A stretch of DNA of 64,000 bases. It comes from Candidatus Bathyarchaeota archaeon. GTDB taxonomy: Archaea > Thermoproteota > Bathyarchaeia > Bathyarchaeales > Bathycorpusculaceae. The position numbers and the translations under genes were made by a program. This document shows, piece by piece, positions 31,268 through 41,476 of the stretch (its first letter is position 1; the number at the start of each line of letters is the position of its first letter). Location: contig CAVYES010000006.1 in NCBI GenBank assembly GCA_963767735.1, positions 288,001 to 352,000 on the forward strand. The letters are read 5' to 3'. The notes under the pieces were generated by a model, which was given only the letters and a program-made list of their open reading frames with translations, was not told the origin of the DNA and made no database searches.

Positions 31268-31495
31268 TTAGATCACTATTGTTTCTTCGTTTTGTAAGCA
31301 TTTCGAAGCATAAGTGAGCGCAGCTTTGATATCTTCTTTTTTCAGAGTTGGATATTGCCTTAATATTTCTTTTTCAGTCATGCCATTGGCTAGAAGTTCG
31401 ATGATAAGATAAACTGGAATACGAGTTCCTCTAATAACGGGTTTGCCAGAAAGAACTTCTGGGTCTATCATTATCCTATCCATGGGCTCTTCCAT
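31268..31495 (-). CDS. DUF433 antitoxin
   Basis: DPEVLSGKPVIRGTRIPV...EILRQYPTL..EDIKAALTYA. Confidence 0.92.
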   Translation of the reverse strand: MEEPMDRIMIDPEVLSGKPVIRGTRIPVYLIIELLANGMTEKEILRQYPTLKKEDIKAALTYASKCLQNEETIVI

Positions 31496-31682
31496 CTGAA
31501 CTCACAACTGAAATCACATTAACTAATATCAATACAAATTATTAATTAGGTATATTACAATTGCCCCAAGTCAACTATCCAAAAAACGTTCAGGAAATCG
31601 CCACCACGGTAGCTCTAATGGTTGCAGCACAATCCTTCACATATCCTCTTCAAAGAGCTGCTTTGGAGAGGAATTTTGGCGA

Positions 31683-32459
31683 TCAGAGGTTTTCTGGTCC
31701 GAACGGTGATTCGTCGGCTACTGAAGCCAAAATCTGGCCCGCGTACTCCTCTTGCTCTTCGGTTCCGCTAACCGCCAGCCAAACGCAGCCTTCGGCGCCG
31801 CATACCCCTCCTGCAGCAACCAACTCAACGCAGGCGCCAGTTAAAGCCGCTAATGCGTCCAGCTCCGTGAAAACCTCTCCTGGAACCGGTAGCAAACGGT
31901 TTCCGCAAGCGCCAGGTGCATTGAGCTTCTGGGCCAAAGCATACAAATCGCCGTCCACCCGCTTCTCCACACCCACAGGTATAATGAGTTTAACTCGGCG
32001 CCCAACAACAGCAGGCAAAGCCAAACCCATAGTTCCAGCCTTCGGATGACCAATCAAAACCGCAGCCTGCCTACGAGCCAAATCCAGCGCATTCGCACCC
32101 TTCAAAATAACATCGCCCTCCCTAAGCGAATCAACAACATCCTCAATCAACTTACCCCTCTGCCAAACACCCCGAACAATCACCACATCACCCGGAAAAG
32201 CACTAACATCAGGCAACCGACCCGTACCAGTCACAGATCTTTTAGGGGGCAAGGTGATGCCGCGGAAAAAATGTTTCCTCGAAAAATCGTTTTCAATATG
32301 ATGAGCCTTGAATATTTCTTCAGCCACATACCCGTTAGTTGTTCCAGCAACAATAACAACCGTCCCATTTTTGAGCGCTTTCCTTACTGCAGGATGGTTA
32401 GCCAAGGCTTTAGCAATTAAACGTTTCCCCGCCGCAGGAGTAATCAAGAATTGTTTCAA
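31683..32459 (-). CDS. Conserved hypothetical protein (alpha/beta fold)
   Basis: 258-aa well-formed ORF ([33 protein letters not shown]); function not recognised. Confidence 0.7.
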   Translation of the reverse strand: MKQFLITPAAGKRLIAKALANHPAVRKALKNGTVVIVAGTTNGYVAEEIFKAHHIENDFSRKHFFRGITLPPKRSVTGTGRLPDVSAFPGDVVIVRGVWQRGKLIEDVVDSLREGDVILKGANALDLARRQAAVLIGHPKAGTMGLALPAVVGRRVKLIIPVGVEKRVDGDLYALAQKLNAPGACGNRLLPVPGEVFTELDALAALTGACVELVAAGGVCGAEGCVWLAVSGTEEQEEYAGQILASVADESPFGPENL

Positions 32460-32607
32460 AGTTAAGCACCTTAGAGAATGTTATTTGAAAGGTGCATTAT
32501 AACAATTTTGTTCACAGAATTTAAAGTCTTCAGGTAATCACGTAACATTTATTTCTAAAAAGGCAGTTAAGATTCATTAGTAGCCTAAACCAACAGAGTG
32601 ATTTTTC

Positions 32608-33363
32608 ATGAGTAAAGAGCCGGTTGCCTCAGAACCAATGCTTGACGTACGCGCTTACCACTTCCTCGAGTTGCGTCGATTATTCTCAGAAGTGTTAGGA
32701 ACATTCTTTCTTGTTTTAGCAGCTGTGGGCGGAGGCGTCGTAAATACCGCAACAAGCGGAGCCATCAGTCAAGCAGCTCTTGTTATTGCGCCTGCTTTAA
32801 CGGTGATGGCAGTCATTCTTTTTATGGGAAAGGTTTCTGGGGCTCATCTAAATCCTGCAGTAACCATTGCTTTTGCCGCCAGAGGTGATTTCCCTTGGCG
32901 ACGAGCCCCCGGATACATCTTCGCTCAAATTGTGGGTGCTGTAGTAGCATGTTCTTTTCTTGCTCTCACATTTGGTGTGAAGGGAACTTTTGGCTCCACT
33001 GTACCAGGAACTGGGTTTACCAGTCTGCAAGCAGCTTTGGTAGAGTTTGTTCTTACTCTTGGACTTGTTAGCGTAATTCTTGGAACCGCTTCTAAAGCTC
33101 AAAACGTTGGTCCTCTATCCGCGCTTGCAGTTGGCGGTTATATTGCGTTGGCTGGACTTTGGGCAGCTCCTGTATCTGGAGCTTCAATGAATCCAGTGCG
33201 GTCATTTGCCCCTGATCTTTTTCTTCTTAACTTCAATACTTATTGGGTGTACTTGGTGGGACCCTTAGCAGGCGCGTTGCTTGCGGTATTTTTTGCTTAT
33301 CTTCTACGTGGACACAGCAGAGACGAAGAAGCGATTGAAGCTGCACAAGGTGACCTAAAATAA
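32608..33363 (+). CDS. MIP-family aquaporin
   Basis: SGAHLNPAVT and GASMNPVRS (second box is NPV); six TM helices. Confidence 0.93.
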   Translation: MSKEPVASEPMLDVRAYHFLELRRLFSEVLGTFFLVLAAVGGGVVNTATSGAISQAALVIAPALTVMAVILFMGKVSGAHLNPAVTIAFAARGDFPWRRAPGYIFAQIVGAVVACSFLALTFGVKGTFGSTVPGTGFTSLQAALVEFVLTLGLVSVILGTASKAQNVGPLSALAVGGYIALAGLWAAPVSGASMNPVRSFAPDLFLLNFNTYWVYLVGPLAGALLAVFFAYLLRGHSRDEEAIEAAQGDLK

Positions 33364-33444
33364 CTGGCATTCGGAGACTACCTATTGCCCATAGAATGAT
33401 AATTGTGAATAAAAAAGGAGGCATGAAAAATTAACGAGTATATT

Positions 33445-34842
33445 TTGCCCGATAGTGGTCTTAGTCGTCAAGAGCGTTGGCTAAAGGGGAAAGAACTAAG
33501 TATAGAGATTCCATGGGAGAGCCACTGTGAGTGGAAACGCCCAAGTAATCTTCAAGACCCCCTTAGCCTGATTCAAGAGCATGATAAAGATCGGTTGTCT
33601 TTTTTGTTGCCTATTAAATATGGGCGTATGGCGGCTTCAGCTTTTGCTTTTCTTAGGGGTTCAGCGGTTGTCATGGCAGCTGACCTTACAAGCACTCCAG
33701 TCACCGGCATCAAAACAATGTTGTGCGGCGACGCGCACTTGTCCAACTTTGGCATCTTTGCATCGCCTGATCGCAAACTAATCTTTGACGTGACCGATTT
33801 TGATGAATGCTACCCGGGTCCGTGGGAATGGGATCTCAAACGCTTGGCCGTGAGTGCAGTTGTTGCGGGGCAGGATAATGGGTTTAAGCCTGAAGATAAT
33901 CGCGAACTAGCCAAGTTTGTTGTGAAAAAGTATCGCAAAGCAATTACAACATTTGCAGGCATGCTAACATTAGATTTATGGTATAGCTATGTTGACGCTA
34001 AACGGCTTTTGAAAGCATTTGGTAATTCTAAAAAAGAGTCGAAAATTTTGAAAAAAGCCATCAATAAGGCCCGTGGTAGAACAGAGGAACAATCACTTGA
34101 GAAGTTCACCGAAGCTGTAAATGGACAACGACGATTTGTTAATAATCCGCCATTGATGGTTCGTTTAACGGGCGTTCCTGAGGGTAATTCTGTGGCGGAG
34201 AATGTTGAAGTGGTAAGAAATGATCTTGAAAAAGCCTGGTTTGAGTATGGCGCCAGCGTTGAAGTAGATCGTCGCGAGCTTCTGAGTCGTTACCGCATCG
34301 TTGATGCCGCTTTAAGGGTGGTGGGCGTGGGCAGTGTGGGGACCAGATGCTTCATAGCTTTGTTGGAGGCCAACTCAATTGATGATGAAATTGTGCTGCA
34401 GCAAAAGGAAGCTGAAACTTCGGTATTAGAACCCTACTTGCCCCAACAAGAATTTGCCAATCATGCAGACCGTGTGGTAACAGGACAGCGGCTGATGCAG
34501 TCGGCAAGCGACACCTTTTTGGGATGCAGCCGCGGTTTTGTTTCCTCCGGGCGCGACTATTATTGGCGACAGCTGAGAGATATGAAAGGATCCATCGATT
34601 TTTCTTTGTTGGGCCTAAAAGGTCTTGAGGATTATCTTGCTTGTTGCAGCTACTGTTTGGCATTGGGCCATGCTCGTTCAGGAGATGTTGTCCGGATTGC
34701 AGGATATCTGGATAAGGGCAAACCATTCGACGAGGCGATTGCAAACTTTAGCGTTTCCTACGCAAAACAAACCGAGCACGATTATCACGCTCTGATGGAT
34801 GCGATCAAGACTGGTCGTATTATTGCTCAGAAAGGCGTTTGA
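33445..34842 (+). CDS. DUF2252 family (kinase-like) protein
   Basis: YGRM..SAFAFLRGSA, CGDAHLSNFG, GPWEWDLKRL, VVGVGSVGTRC, RQLRDMKGS. Confidence 0.9.
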   Translation: MPDSGLSRQERWLKGKELSIEIPWESHCEWKRPSNLQDPLSLIQEHDKDRLSFLLPIKYGRMAASAFAFLRGSAVVMAADLTSTPVTGIKTMLCGDAHLSNFGIFASPDRKLIFDVTDFDECYPGPWEWDLKRLAVSAVVAGQDNGFKPEDNRELAKFVVKKYRKAITTFAGMLTLDLWYSYVDAKRLLKAFGNSKKESKILKKAINKARGRTEEQSLEKFTEAVNGQRRFVNNPPLMVRLTGVPEGNSVAENVEVVRNDLEKAWFEYGASVEVDRRELLSRYRIVDAALRVVGVGSVGTRCFIALLEANSIDDEIVLQQKEAETSVLEPYLPQQEFANHADRVVTGQRLMQSASDTFLGCSRGFVSSGRDYYWRQLRDMKGSIDFSLLGLKGLEDYLACCSYCLALGHARSGDVVRIAGYLDKGKPFDEAIANFSVSYAKQTEHDYHALMDAIKTGRIIAQKGV

Positions 34843-35069
34843 TTGGGGATTGTTATTTGAAAGGTACATTATAATAATTTTGTTGAGGGAATCTCCTGCA
34901 AATGATATTGCAATAGACATAATTGATTACTCAATTGTGAGTAATAATTGGGGATACCTCTTAGCAAATAAGCTAGTAAACGCCTCATTTTTTCAAAAAT
35001 AAGCGTATTTACCGGAATTTCGCTTCAGAAAAAATGAGTAATAAGTAATCTGCTGAATTTGGAAGAGGC

Positions 35070-35315
35070 TCAGAGTGTTTCTTCTGTTGGAGTTGCGTCG
35101 CGTCGCTTTTGGTATTCTGCGTATTGTACGTCGAATTGTCTGCGTTCTTCTGAGTTAAGCCATGCCCTGGCTCGCGCTACCCCGTCATCGATTTGTCTTT
35201 GTCTCTCTACTTTTTGCTCTTCAGGTGAAGGCTTCTGCCGCGCCTGATACCTCTCACTCGTTTGCTTTGCATCTTTTTCGTCGGCTTTGTGAATTTCTTC
35301 ACAGCTCATCGTCAT
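35070..35315 (-). CDS. Hypothetical charged protein
   Basis: 81-aa ORF with ATGA overlap on the GHKL gene stop. Confidence 0.4.
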   Translation of the reverse strand: MTMSCEEIHKADEKDAKQTSERYQARQKPSPEEQKVERQRQIDDGVARARAWLNSEERRQFDVQYAEYQKRRDATPTEETL

Positions 35316-36136
35316 ATGCGAGCTAAATCAAAAATATTAGGGTCATCAGCATTTACAGTTCGTCCGTACACTTTTATATAGACTCCTGCAAAATCGCCCA
35401 AAGGAGCATCGGAGATAACTATTTTGCCTTCGACTTTTCCCGCCAAATTTAGATTTAGGTCGACCGGGTATTCTTTTCCTTTTATTACATCTTCGGGTCT
35501 GAGCAACTCGCCGTTAATTGTTACCTGAAATTCTGGGCTCAATGGCATGTTTCTCGCTATTCGTCTTATTGCAGTTTGTTCTTCGAGAGTTTTCTTCAAC
35601 CCTAAGAGTTCAATCGTGGTTCCATCTTCGTCTTTGGTAGGCGATTCAACTACGTTTATTTTTTCCTCTCCAATGATTTTATGAGCAAGTATCTTTCCAA
35701 AATCTAAGATTAAAGTGCGTTGCAAACCATTTTTTCTCGTAGTAATTTTGCACCGGTTACAAATAACATGCATAGAGAGTTTACCAATGCCAAACTTGCC
35801 GATTGTATATCTACGAAGTTTTCTGGTTTTTCTGTCTCCCTGTTTTTCACTGTACCCTAACATAAAATAGTTTTCGAGGTCTGTTCTATCCATACCTGCT
35901 CCATTATCCCGAAGTATCAATCTTTCCTGAGAAATCTTAATATCGACTTTTGTGGCATCGGCATCGTAAGAATTCGATATTAATTCATCAAGAACATAAT
36001 AGGCGTTCTTATAGAGACTTGAGCTTAATGTTTGTATTAGTTCTGCTCCTGCTTTAATTGAAGTCGAATAAGAATCAATTGACATTTCAGTTATCTCCTT
36101 GTTTTTGGTTATATGTGGTGAGAATTTCTTTTCCAT
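35312..36136 (-). CDS. GHKL (HATPase_c_3, MORC/MutL-like) ATPase, apparently C-terminally truncated
   Basis: ELISNSYDA, DNGAGM, GKFGIGKLS and GTTI boxes; ends shortly into the S5-like domain. Confidence 0.85.
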   Translation of the reverse strand: MEKKFSPHITKNKEITEMSIDSYSTSIKAGAELIQTLSSSLYKNAYYVLDELISNSYDADATKVDIKISQERLILRDNGAGMDRTDLENYFMLGYSEKQGDRKTRKLRRYTIGKFGIGKLSMHVICNRCKITTRKNGLQRTLILDFGKILAHKIIGEEKINVVESPTKDEDGTTIELLGLKKTLEEQTAIRRIARNMPLSPEFQVTINGELLRPEDVIKGKEYPVDLNLNLAGKVEGKIVISDAPLGDFAGVYIKVYGRTVNADDPNIFDLARI

Positions 36137-37115
36137 ATTGAGTTAATGAATAAGTAACATCAACTCCTCGTCTAAGACGAGTAATTAATCCAAGTTCGTT
36201 TAGCCTGCTAATTGCTCCTGCCCTAATTGTGTTAATCATAGCTTCTGACCAGCCTCTTGAGAGAGGAAGAATTTCTTTGTTTAAGTCGGAAGGAGATGGC
36301 TTGCCATTGTTCATTGCATTCAAAATTAAGATATTGAGCTGTCTTTCTCGGCTAAGATTTTGAAATGTATGTTTGATGTAAAATGAACTCTCTTCTTCGC
36401 TCAAGCTTTTCTTAAAGTTTAAGTCGTCAAGAATCGGATTTTTCATTACTGCAAATTTGAGACCTGCTTCGGTAATGCCGACGTATTGTTTGTTTTCTTC
36501 ATTCTCAAAAATGTTTAGAAGTTTTAATGCTCCCGGGGCTCCTTCTATTCTTCCAGCTCTTGTATAGTAGCCGACAAAATGATTGATAAATCGTTTTTCA
36601 GTTTTGTTTATATTTCTCCCGGTAGGCAAGGCTGAAGCAAGCATCTCGCCATATTTTCTTCCACTCTTCTTGTCCTCTTTCTTTAACATTAGTCCAACTT
36701 CTCGTGCAGCTTCAACTGCTTGCTTATGTAGCAAATTTAGTTCAATTGATTCATTGTCCTTCAAAATATTTGCGAGAACTCTGAGAGTTATTTTTACTGG
36801 AAAAAGCCGATTATACTGTCCCCATAAACAATCGTTTGGTATTTTCGCGTTTTCTGGCGGAAATGAAGTCCTAATTGATTCAGGAACAAAGTTTATTGTT
36901 AAATTCGAAATTAAGGCTTGTGCTTTAGGAAGTCTTGATTCAGAGATTGGTGTTTTAATTAAGTTCGCCAAAGTCTCTTTTGGACTATCTTCTATCAAAA
37001 TCTGATTCTGGAAGGCGACGTTTGCGAACTGTGATGTTGATTCATATTTGCCTTGATTTACTAATCCGTCCACTTTTTTTGCTAATTCTGGCGGAATGTC
37101 AACGATGTATTTCAA
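36087..37115 (-). CDS. Hypothetical DNA-binding protein (N-terminal RHH-like, C-terminal wHTH-like)
   Basis: MKYIVDIPPEL...GKYESTSQF is RHH-like; SRLNELGLI...YSLT..G is wHTH-like; co-oriented with and abutting the GHKL gene. Confidence 0.6.
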   Translation of the reverse strand: MKYIVDIPPELAKKVDGLVNQGKYESTSQFANVAFQNQILIEDSPKETLANLIKTPISESRLPKAQALISNLTINFVPESIRTSFPPENAKIPNDCLWGQYNRLFPVKITLRVLANILKDNESIELNLLHKQAVEAAREVGLMLKKEDKKSGRKYGEMLASALPTGRNINKTEKRFINHFVGYYTRAGRIEGAPGALKLLNIFENEENKQYVGITEAGLKFAVMKNPILDDLNFKKSLSEEESSFYIKHTFQNLSRERQLNILILNAMNNGKPSPSDLNKEILPLSRGWSEAMINTIRAGAISRLNELGLITRLRRGVDVTYSLTQYGKEILTTYNQKQGDN

Positions 37116-37401
37116 CTCTACACCACTAATAGGTAACTTATTAAATTTATATATAAATATTGCTATTTTACCATTATTTTATCCATTTAGCCATTAATTT
37201 ATTTTATAAATTAACTTATTAATGAAAATGAACCCACAGAAACTTGTTAAGCTTTGAGCAAATATAAAATGGATTGACTGAGCAGAAATCTCAAACTATT
37301 TCTGGCTTCGTTCCTAAAAAGTTGACAAAAACATAAAAGAAAATTGCAACACTATAAAAGGAATATTATGCCGTTCGAGACGTAATCAGGAGATAAAAAT
37401 C

Positions 37402-37854
37402 ATGAATAAAAAAGCGAATGTGGATTGGAGCAAGGCTGGAAAAAAGGCAGCGAAAACAAGAAAGAAAAATACTCAAAAAAGACTTCATAGTGAAAGAGGC
37501 AAAAAAGCGCATCGTGACACCATTGGTCCAAGCGAACGGGGTTTTGTCAAATACCTTGTCGAATCAAATAGCGCCAAAGAGAACGAGGTTTTTCACCATG
37601 AAGGTCTCCCGGACATAATAAAAATAACAGCTTCAGGAAAAATTGAGTTTTTTGAGATAAAACCCAAAAAAGGCTCAAGAAAACAATGTCTTCTAAATCC
37701 AAGACAAAACAAAACCATCAAGAAACTTCTTGCAAATGATATGGTTGCCGGGGTTACAGTAGTCTACTATGAGAAAAAAGGGAAAAAGCCAATTTATACA
37801 AGTCAACAGAAAGTAACTTTAGAAAACATAGACCAGTTTTCATTGCTCAAGTAA
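37402..37854 (+). CDS. VRR-NUC-like PD-(D/E)XK nuclease with basic N-terminus
   Basis: GLPDII...FFEIKP...LNPRQ motif; aggaga RBS. Confidence 0.7.
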   Translation: MNKKANVDWSKAGKKAAKTRKKNTQKRLHSERGKKAHRDTIGPSERGFVKYLVESNSAKENEVFHHEGLPDIIKITASGKIEFFEIKPKKGSRKQCLLNPRQNKTIKKLLANDMVAGVTVVYYEKKGKKPIYTSQQKVTLENIDQFSLLK

Positions 37855-37897
37855 GCTTAAAGCACCCGCATCAAATGAATCTTATGAATAACCGATG

Positions 37898-38419
37898 CTA
37901 TCCCAGTTCTTCCTCAATTTGTTTTAGAGCTTTGGAGGACCCGAATGAGCAACGTATTGAAACAACGCGCTTATTTCTAAGTAGTTTGGATAACTGTTTA
38001 TTATTTTGAATCAAATTCTTTGCTGCTTCCTTCGGTGAGCGAGAGACGATTAAAAGTCTCAAAGAATGGTTCTGTTCGAGTGCAACATTAAAAATCCTAT
38101 TTATGTGTTGGTCACGAAAAGAGAATCCAACGACTATACACACCTCTGCTTTAGCCAAAGACTCTGAAAAGCTAGACATCAGCTCCCTATAAATTCCAGC
38201 TTCTTCCATTCGAGGCTTAGTCCCAAAAATTACAAATTCATTTCCATCCCAACGTGTCGAGTCTTTAGGAATTAATGCTTGTGTGCTGTTAACCGTTATT
38301 TTTTTAGTTTTTTTATCTACCATCCAATCAAGTGAACCATGAAGCTTCGTTAAAGAGATTTTTTCAAATTGTTCTTCTCTCCATTGCAAACGACCTGATT
38401 TAGAACTGAAAGTATGCAA
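37898..38419 (-). CDS. SIR2-like (SIR2_2) protein, C-terminal part
   Basis: KLHGSLDW and VVGFSFRDQHIN motifs. Confidence 0.85.
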   Translation of the reverse strand: MHTFSSKSGRLQWREEQFEKISLTKLHGSLDWMVDKKTKKITVNSTQALIPKDSTRWDGNEFVIFGTKPRMEEAGIYRELMSSFSESLAKAEVCIVVGFSFRDQHINRIFNVALEQNHSLRLLIVSRSPKEAAKNLIQNNKQLSKLLRNKRVVSIRCSFGSSKALKQIEEELG

Positions 38420-38987
38420 CCAGTACTGGAATTTTTTGAATAGTCTTCAATTACGTTATCATAATTCGTTGTGAAAACCTCGATTATTTTATGCTCTTTG
38501 TTATTTTCTGTGTAATTACGCAATAAGCGGAAAAAACCCGAAAATACTCGCGTTATCTCTTGATATTGAATCACTTTTGATTCGTACTGCTTGAATGTTA
38601 ATTGGACAACATTTTCCCGCAGTTTTCTAGCTATGCTGACAAGATAAAACCATTTAAATTGACCGATTAGTTGCGGAGAATATCTTTTCTGTTTACCTTC
38701 TTCAAAATTGACTAACAAAGGATTCCAGCGGATAAACCCAGCCAATCGTCCTTTTTCAGAAATGGTATTTAACTCTAAAATTAGGTCGAGAATCTCAACT
38801 ACATGTTCAACGTCATAGACTGTCAAAGGCAAGTTCCTAATTGAATTTAATAGTTGCTTTTCCTCTCCAGAAGTAGTCATACTCAGGATTTCGAGAAAAG
38901 TTTTTGTGGTCGGATAACCGAACGGCACGGACGCTCCTGCCCCAAAAAAGTTACAATCTTCTTTGGAAACTTGACTGGATATGACAT
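38350..38987 (-). CDS. SIR2-like (SIR2_2) protein, N-terminal part (frameshifts at ~38945 and ~38415)
   Basis: GAGASVPFGYP and FTTNYD motifs; ATG at 38987 reads MSYPVKFPKKIV before the shift. Confidence 0.8.
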
Positions 38988-39093
38988 ATAATTAATTATT
39001 ACTACATCAAAAGAAAAGCTTTTGCCTTTGACGCACGTTGCATATTAATATGATTAAGTAAGTGCGGAATTTGCTTGCGGCTTTATCTTTTGC

Positions 39094-39345
39094 GAGGGCT
39101 GAGTTTTCTTTTTCTTTTTCTTTTTTGCCCCTCATTACTATTTATTTTATGAGTGGTAATTTTTCTTTAATTTTTTTACCCCTAAGACTATTTGCTATTT
39201 AATTTACGAGGGGTAAGTTTTACTGTGTTTTTTACTCCTCATACCATTAGTAACTATTATTATTCTTCACTTACCCACAATACCAGCTACTAACACCCTA
39301 ACCTTAGGGTAGGTCGTAAGTGTGTGTGGGACTAAATTTTAATCT
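39094..39345. repeat. Non-coding module copy A (three palindromic units, C-rich spacer, GTGTGTGTGGGACTAAATTTT)
   Basis: Units start at 39094, 39151 and 39208; 39206-39247 matches 42443-42484 at 41/42 nt. Confidence 0.85.
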
Positions 39346-39376
39346 GGCGTATGAAATTAGTTTAAATTGAAAGCAA

Positions 39377-40246
39377 TTGAGAACCAGATGGGATAATGAA
39401 ATGACATCCTCAGAAATTGAAATGGACTTGTGTTTCGAAAAAATAATGACAAAAGAAGTATTGTTTTATTGCGATGAATTCGAAGAAGACTGCAAGGTTT
39501 TCTGTGAAAAAAGAAACATAACATATCTTCCTTGTAAGAACGACTATGGTTTATGTTACATATTGGAGGGCGATAGATTCAAACAAGAGAAAATCGAAGA
39601 ATCACAAAAAGTAAACATTAAAGACAAAATCTTTGATTTTTCCATTCAAGAGAAGTTTGAGAAACATCAGGTTCTTTTTGTTTTTATGAAGGATGACCTG
39701 CATGGGGTTGTCCATTTTTGTGATTACAACAGAAATCCAGTTGCCATTTACGTATATTCTTTGCTACTCAAGTTTGAACAGTCATTAAGAGAACTGCTAA
39801 TTTCAAAGGGCTTGACCAATAATGACATGATAACTTTTTTTGAAAAACAAGTCAAGAAGAACAAAAATAATGAATACTATTTAAGAAAAGTTGAAAACTC
39901 CAAAAAACTGGAAAAACAAAAAGAAATGAAAGAATTAGAGCTATTCCAAACATTTCACTTGAAAGACTTAATCGATTTATTGCATTCCAAAAAAATATAT
40001 GAGGTCCCCCAAGTCATAAATCTGGAACTAAGAAACCCCATAATGCATGCTAAAAACGTAGTAAAACATGAGGACTACGAAAATTCGTCTTTGATTTACA
40101 ATTTTAAGTCGTTTTGCAATTTTCTTGAACTCGTTAATTCTCTTCGGTCAGAAAATGAAAACCTATCTCAAATGATTCCTCTGGAAGCGAAGCAAGAATA
40201 CGTAACAAGATTAAAAAATGCAGGACTTTTTGTTAAACTCTCATAG
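39377..40246 (+). CDS. CBS-like + HEPN (RxxxxH) domain protein, putative defence RNase
   Basis: LHGVVHFCDYNR.PV...Y..L..FE..LR segment followed by RNPIMH. Confidence 0.6.
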   Translation: MRTRWDNEMTSSEIEMDLCFEKIMTKEVLFYCDEFEEDCKVFCEKRNITYLPCKNDYGLCYILEGDRFKQEKIEESQKVNIKDKIFDFSIQEKFEKHQVLFVFMKDDLHGVVHFCDYNRNPVAIYVYSLLLKFEQSLRELLISKGLTNNDMITFFEKQVKKNKNNEYYLRKVENSKKLEKQKEMKELELFQTFHLKDLIDLLHSKKIYEVPQVINLELRNPIMHAKNVVKHEDYENSSLIYNFKSFCNFLELVNSLRSENENLSQMIPLEAKQEYVTRLKNAGLFVKLS

Positions 40247-40414
40247 CGCGCGTTTTTCAAGCTCTTCGTATTGGGTCATAAAGACTCAACGGAGTTATGA
40301 AAATAAAAGATTTTGCTATGGCGTAAACTCGTTTCCTGCAAATTTTGTTTCTGAATTGTAAAAGCTTTCTTCGAATTATTCAATTTACTCATGTTTTGAA
40401 AAGTGAATAATCCA

Positions 40415-41074
40415 TTATTTTATCAAAGCTTCTACGATTGGTGCAATTTTTGTGTATAGACTGACCACGCCTTTTATTGTGGAAACAACTTTCAAAGCGG
40501 TCCAGGCTTTTCTAATTATATCCTTATCAGGTTTAGGTTTTGCAAGTTGAGATTTTATGGTTTCTATCTCAGCTTGAGAGTTCAATTTTTCTTCATCATT
40601 CAATTCACTGCTAAGTCTAACTTGCTTCCCTAAAGCCTCAAGTGATTCAAAAAGCTCGGAAAACTCATTTCTGATATAGTTGTTGTTACCTATTGAAATT
40701 ATTCCATGAATATTGGTTACGTTTATGCCTGAGAGTTTGTTTTCCTTTTGGAATTTGGACGATTTCTCAAAGTAATCTATTCCGTCACTTGATATTCTGT
40801 AAAGCTCTTTTTTGGAAGTGATTGTTCTTTTGCCTGTATAAAATTGCGATTCTTCAGTTTCTTTTCTCAGCCATCCGTTTTCAAGGAGATAAATCATGTT
40901 CCTGATGACCCATTTCTTTTCCAAACCTTCCTTCTTCAAATCTGAAGTTACCTTACTTATGAGTATCTTGCAACTACTCATACCTCGAGGGTTTTTGTAA
41001 GCATTGTAAAAATAATTTAGAATTTTGACTCTTATTTCATCTTCAGAGGGAGTTTCTATTATTGGCTTAGGCAT
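40415..41074 (-). CDS. Hypothetical protein: wHTH-like N-terminus, Asn/Gly-rich motif, helical C-terminus
   Basis: YLLENGWL...YRISSDGIDY; NIHGIISIGNNNYI; QLAKPKPDKDIIRKAW. Confidence 0.75.
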   Translation of the reverse strand: MPKPIIETPSEDEIRVKILNYFYNAYKNPRGMSSCKILISKVTSDLKKEGLEKKWVIRNMIYLLENGWLRKETEESQFYTGKRTITSKKELYRISSDGIDYFEKSSKFQKENKLSGINVTNIHGIISIGNNNYIRNEFSELFESLEALGKQVRLSSELNDEEKLNSQAEIETIKSQLAKPKPDKDIIRKAWTALKVVSTIKGVVSLYTKIAPIVEALIK

Positions 41075-41476
41075 ATTTATTATTATAATGGATGAGCTTA
41101 AAAATTCTATTCTTGAATTGTAAAAAAACTAATATAATGAAACCTTTGATATCTACCATTTAGGTTTCAAAGAACAAGCATTGACGAGGTGACTATATGG
41201 GATACGGAGGCGGGGCACCAGCGCGCGCCTGAAGAATAAGGTTCAATAAGGGTTAACTTCATTTTCACTCGGTAGCATAGTATTCTGTACTCGTCTTAAT
41301 AATTTTTGCATCAAATTATTCACTAAAAAATTAGAGTGTCATGTTGTGTCGTACGGTGTCGTGTTGCGGTAGCGGTTGTGGGTGTGTTGAGTAGGGGTAG
41401 GGTAGTAGGGGGTTAGTATTTAGTAGAAGTTAAGAGTTTCAAGGATGGGGGAAAAAGATAAATTTAATCCCGTCGT

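Noticed and set aside
31561-32420. Plus-strand ORFs of 162 and 124 aa
   Set aside because: Antisense to the well-formed 258-aa gene; biased composition
39094-39240. Possible mini-CRISPR array (57-bp period)
   Set aside because: Only 2-3 degenerate units, T-rich interiors, low-complexity inter-unit sequence and no cas genes; treated as protein-binding palindromes instead
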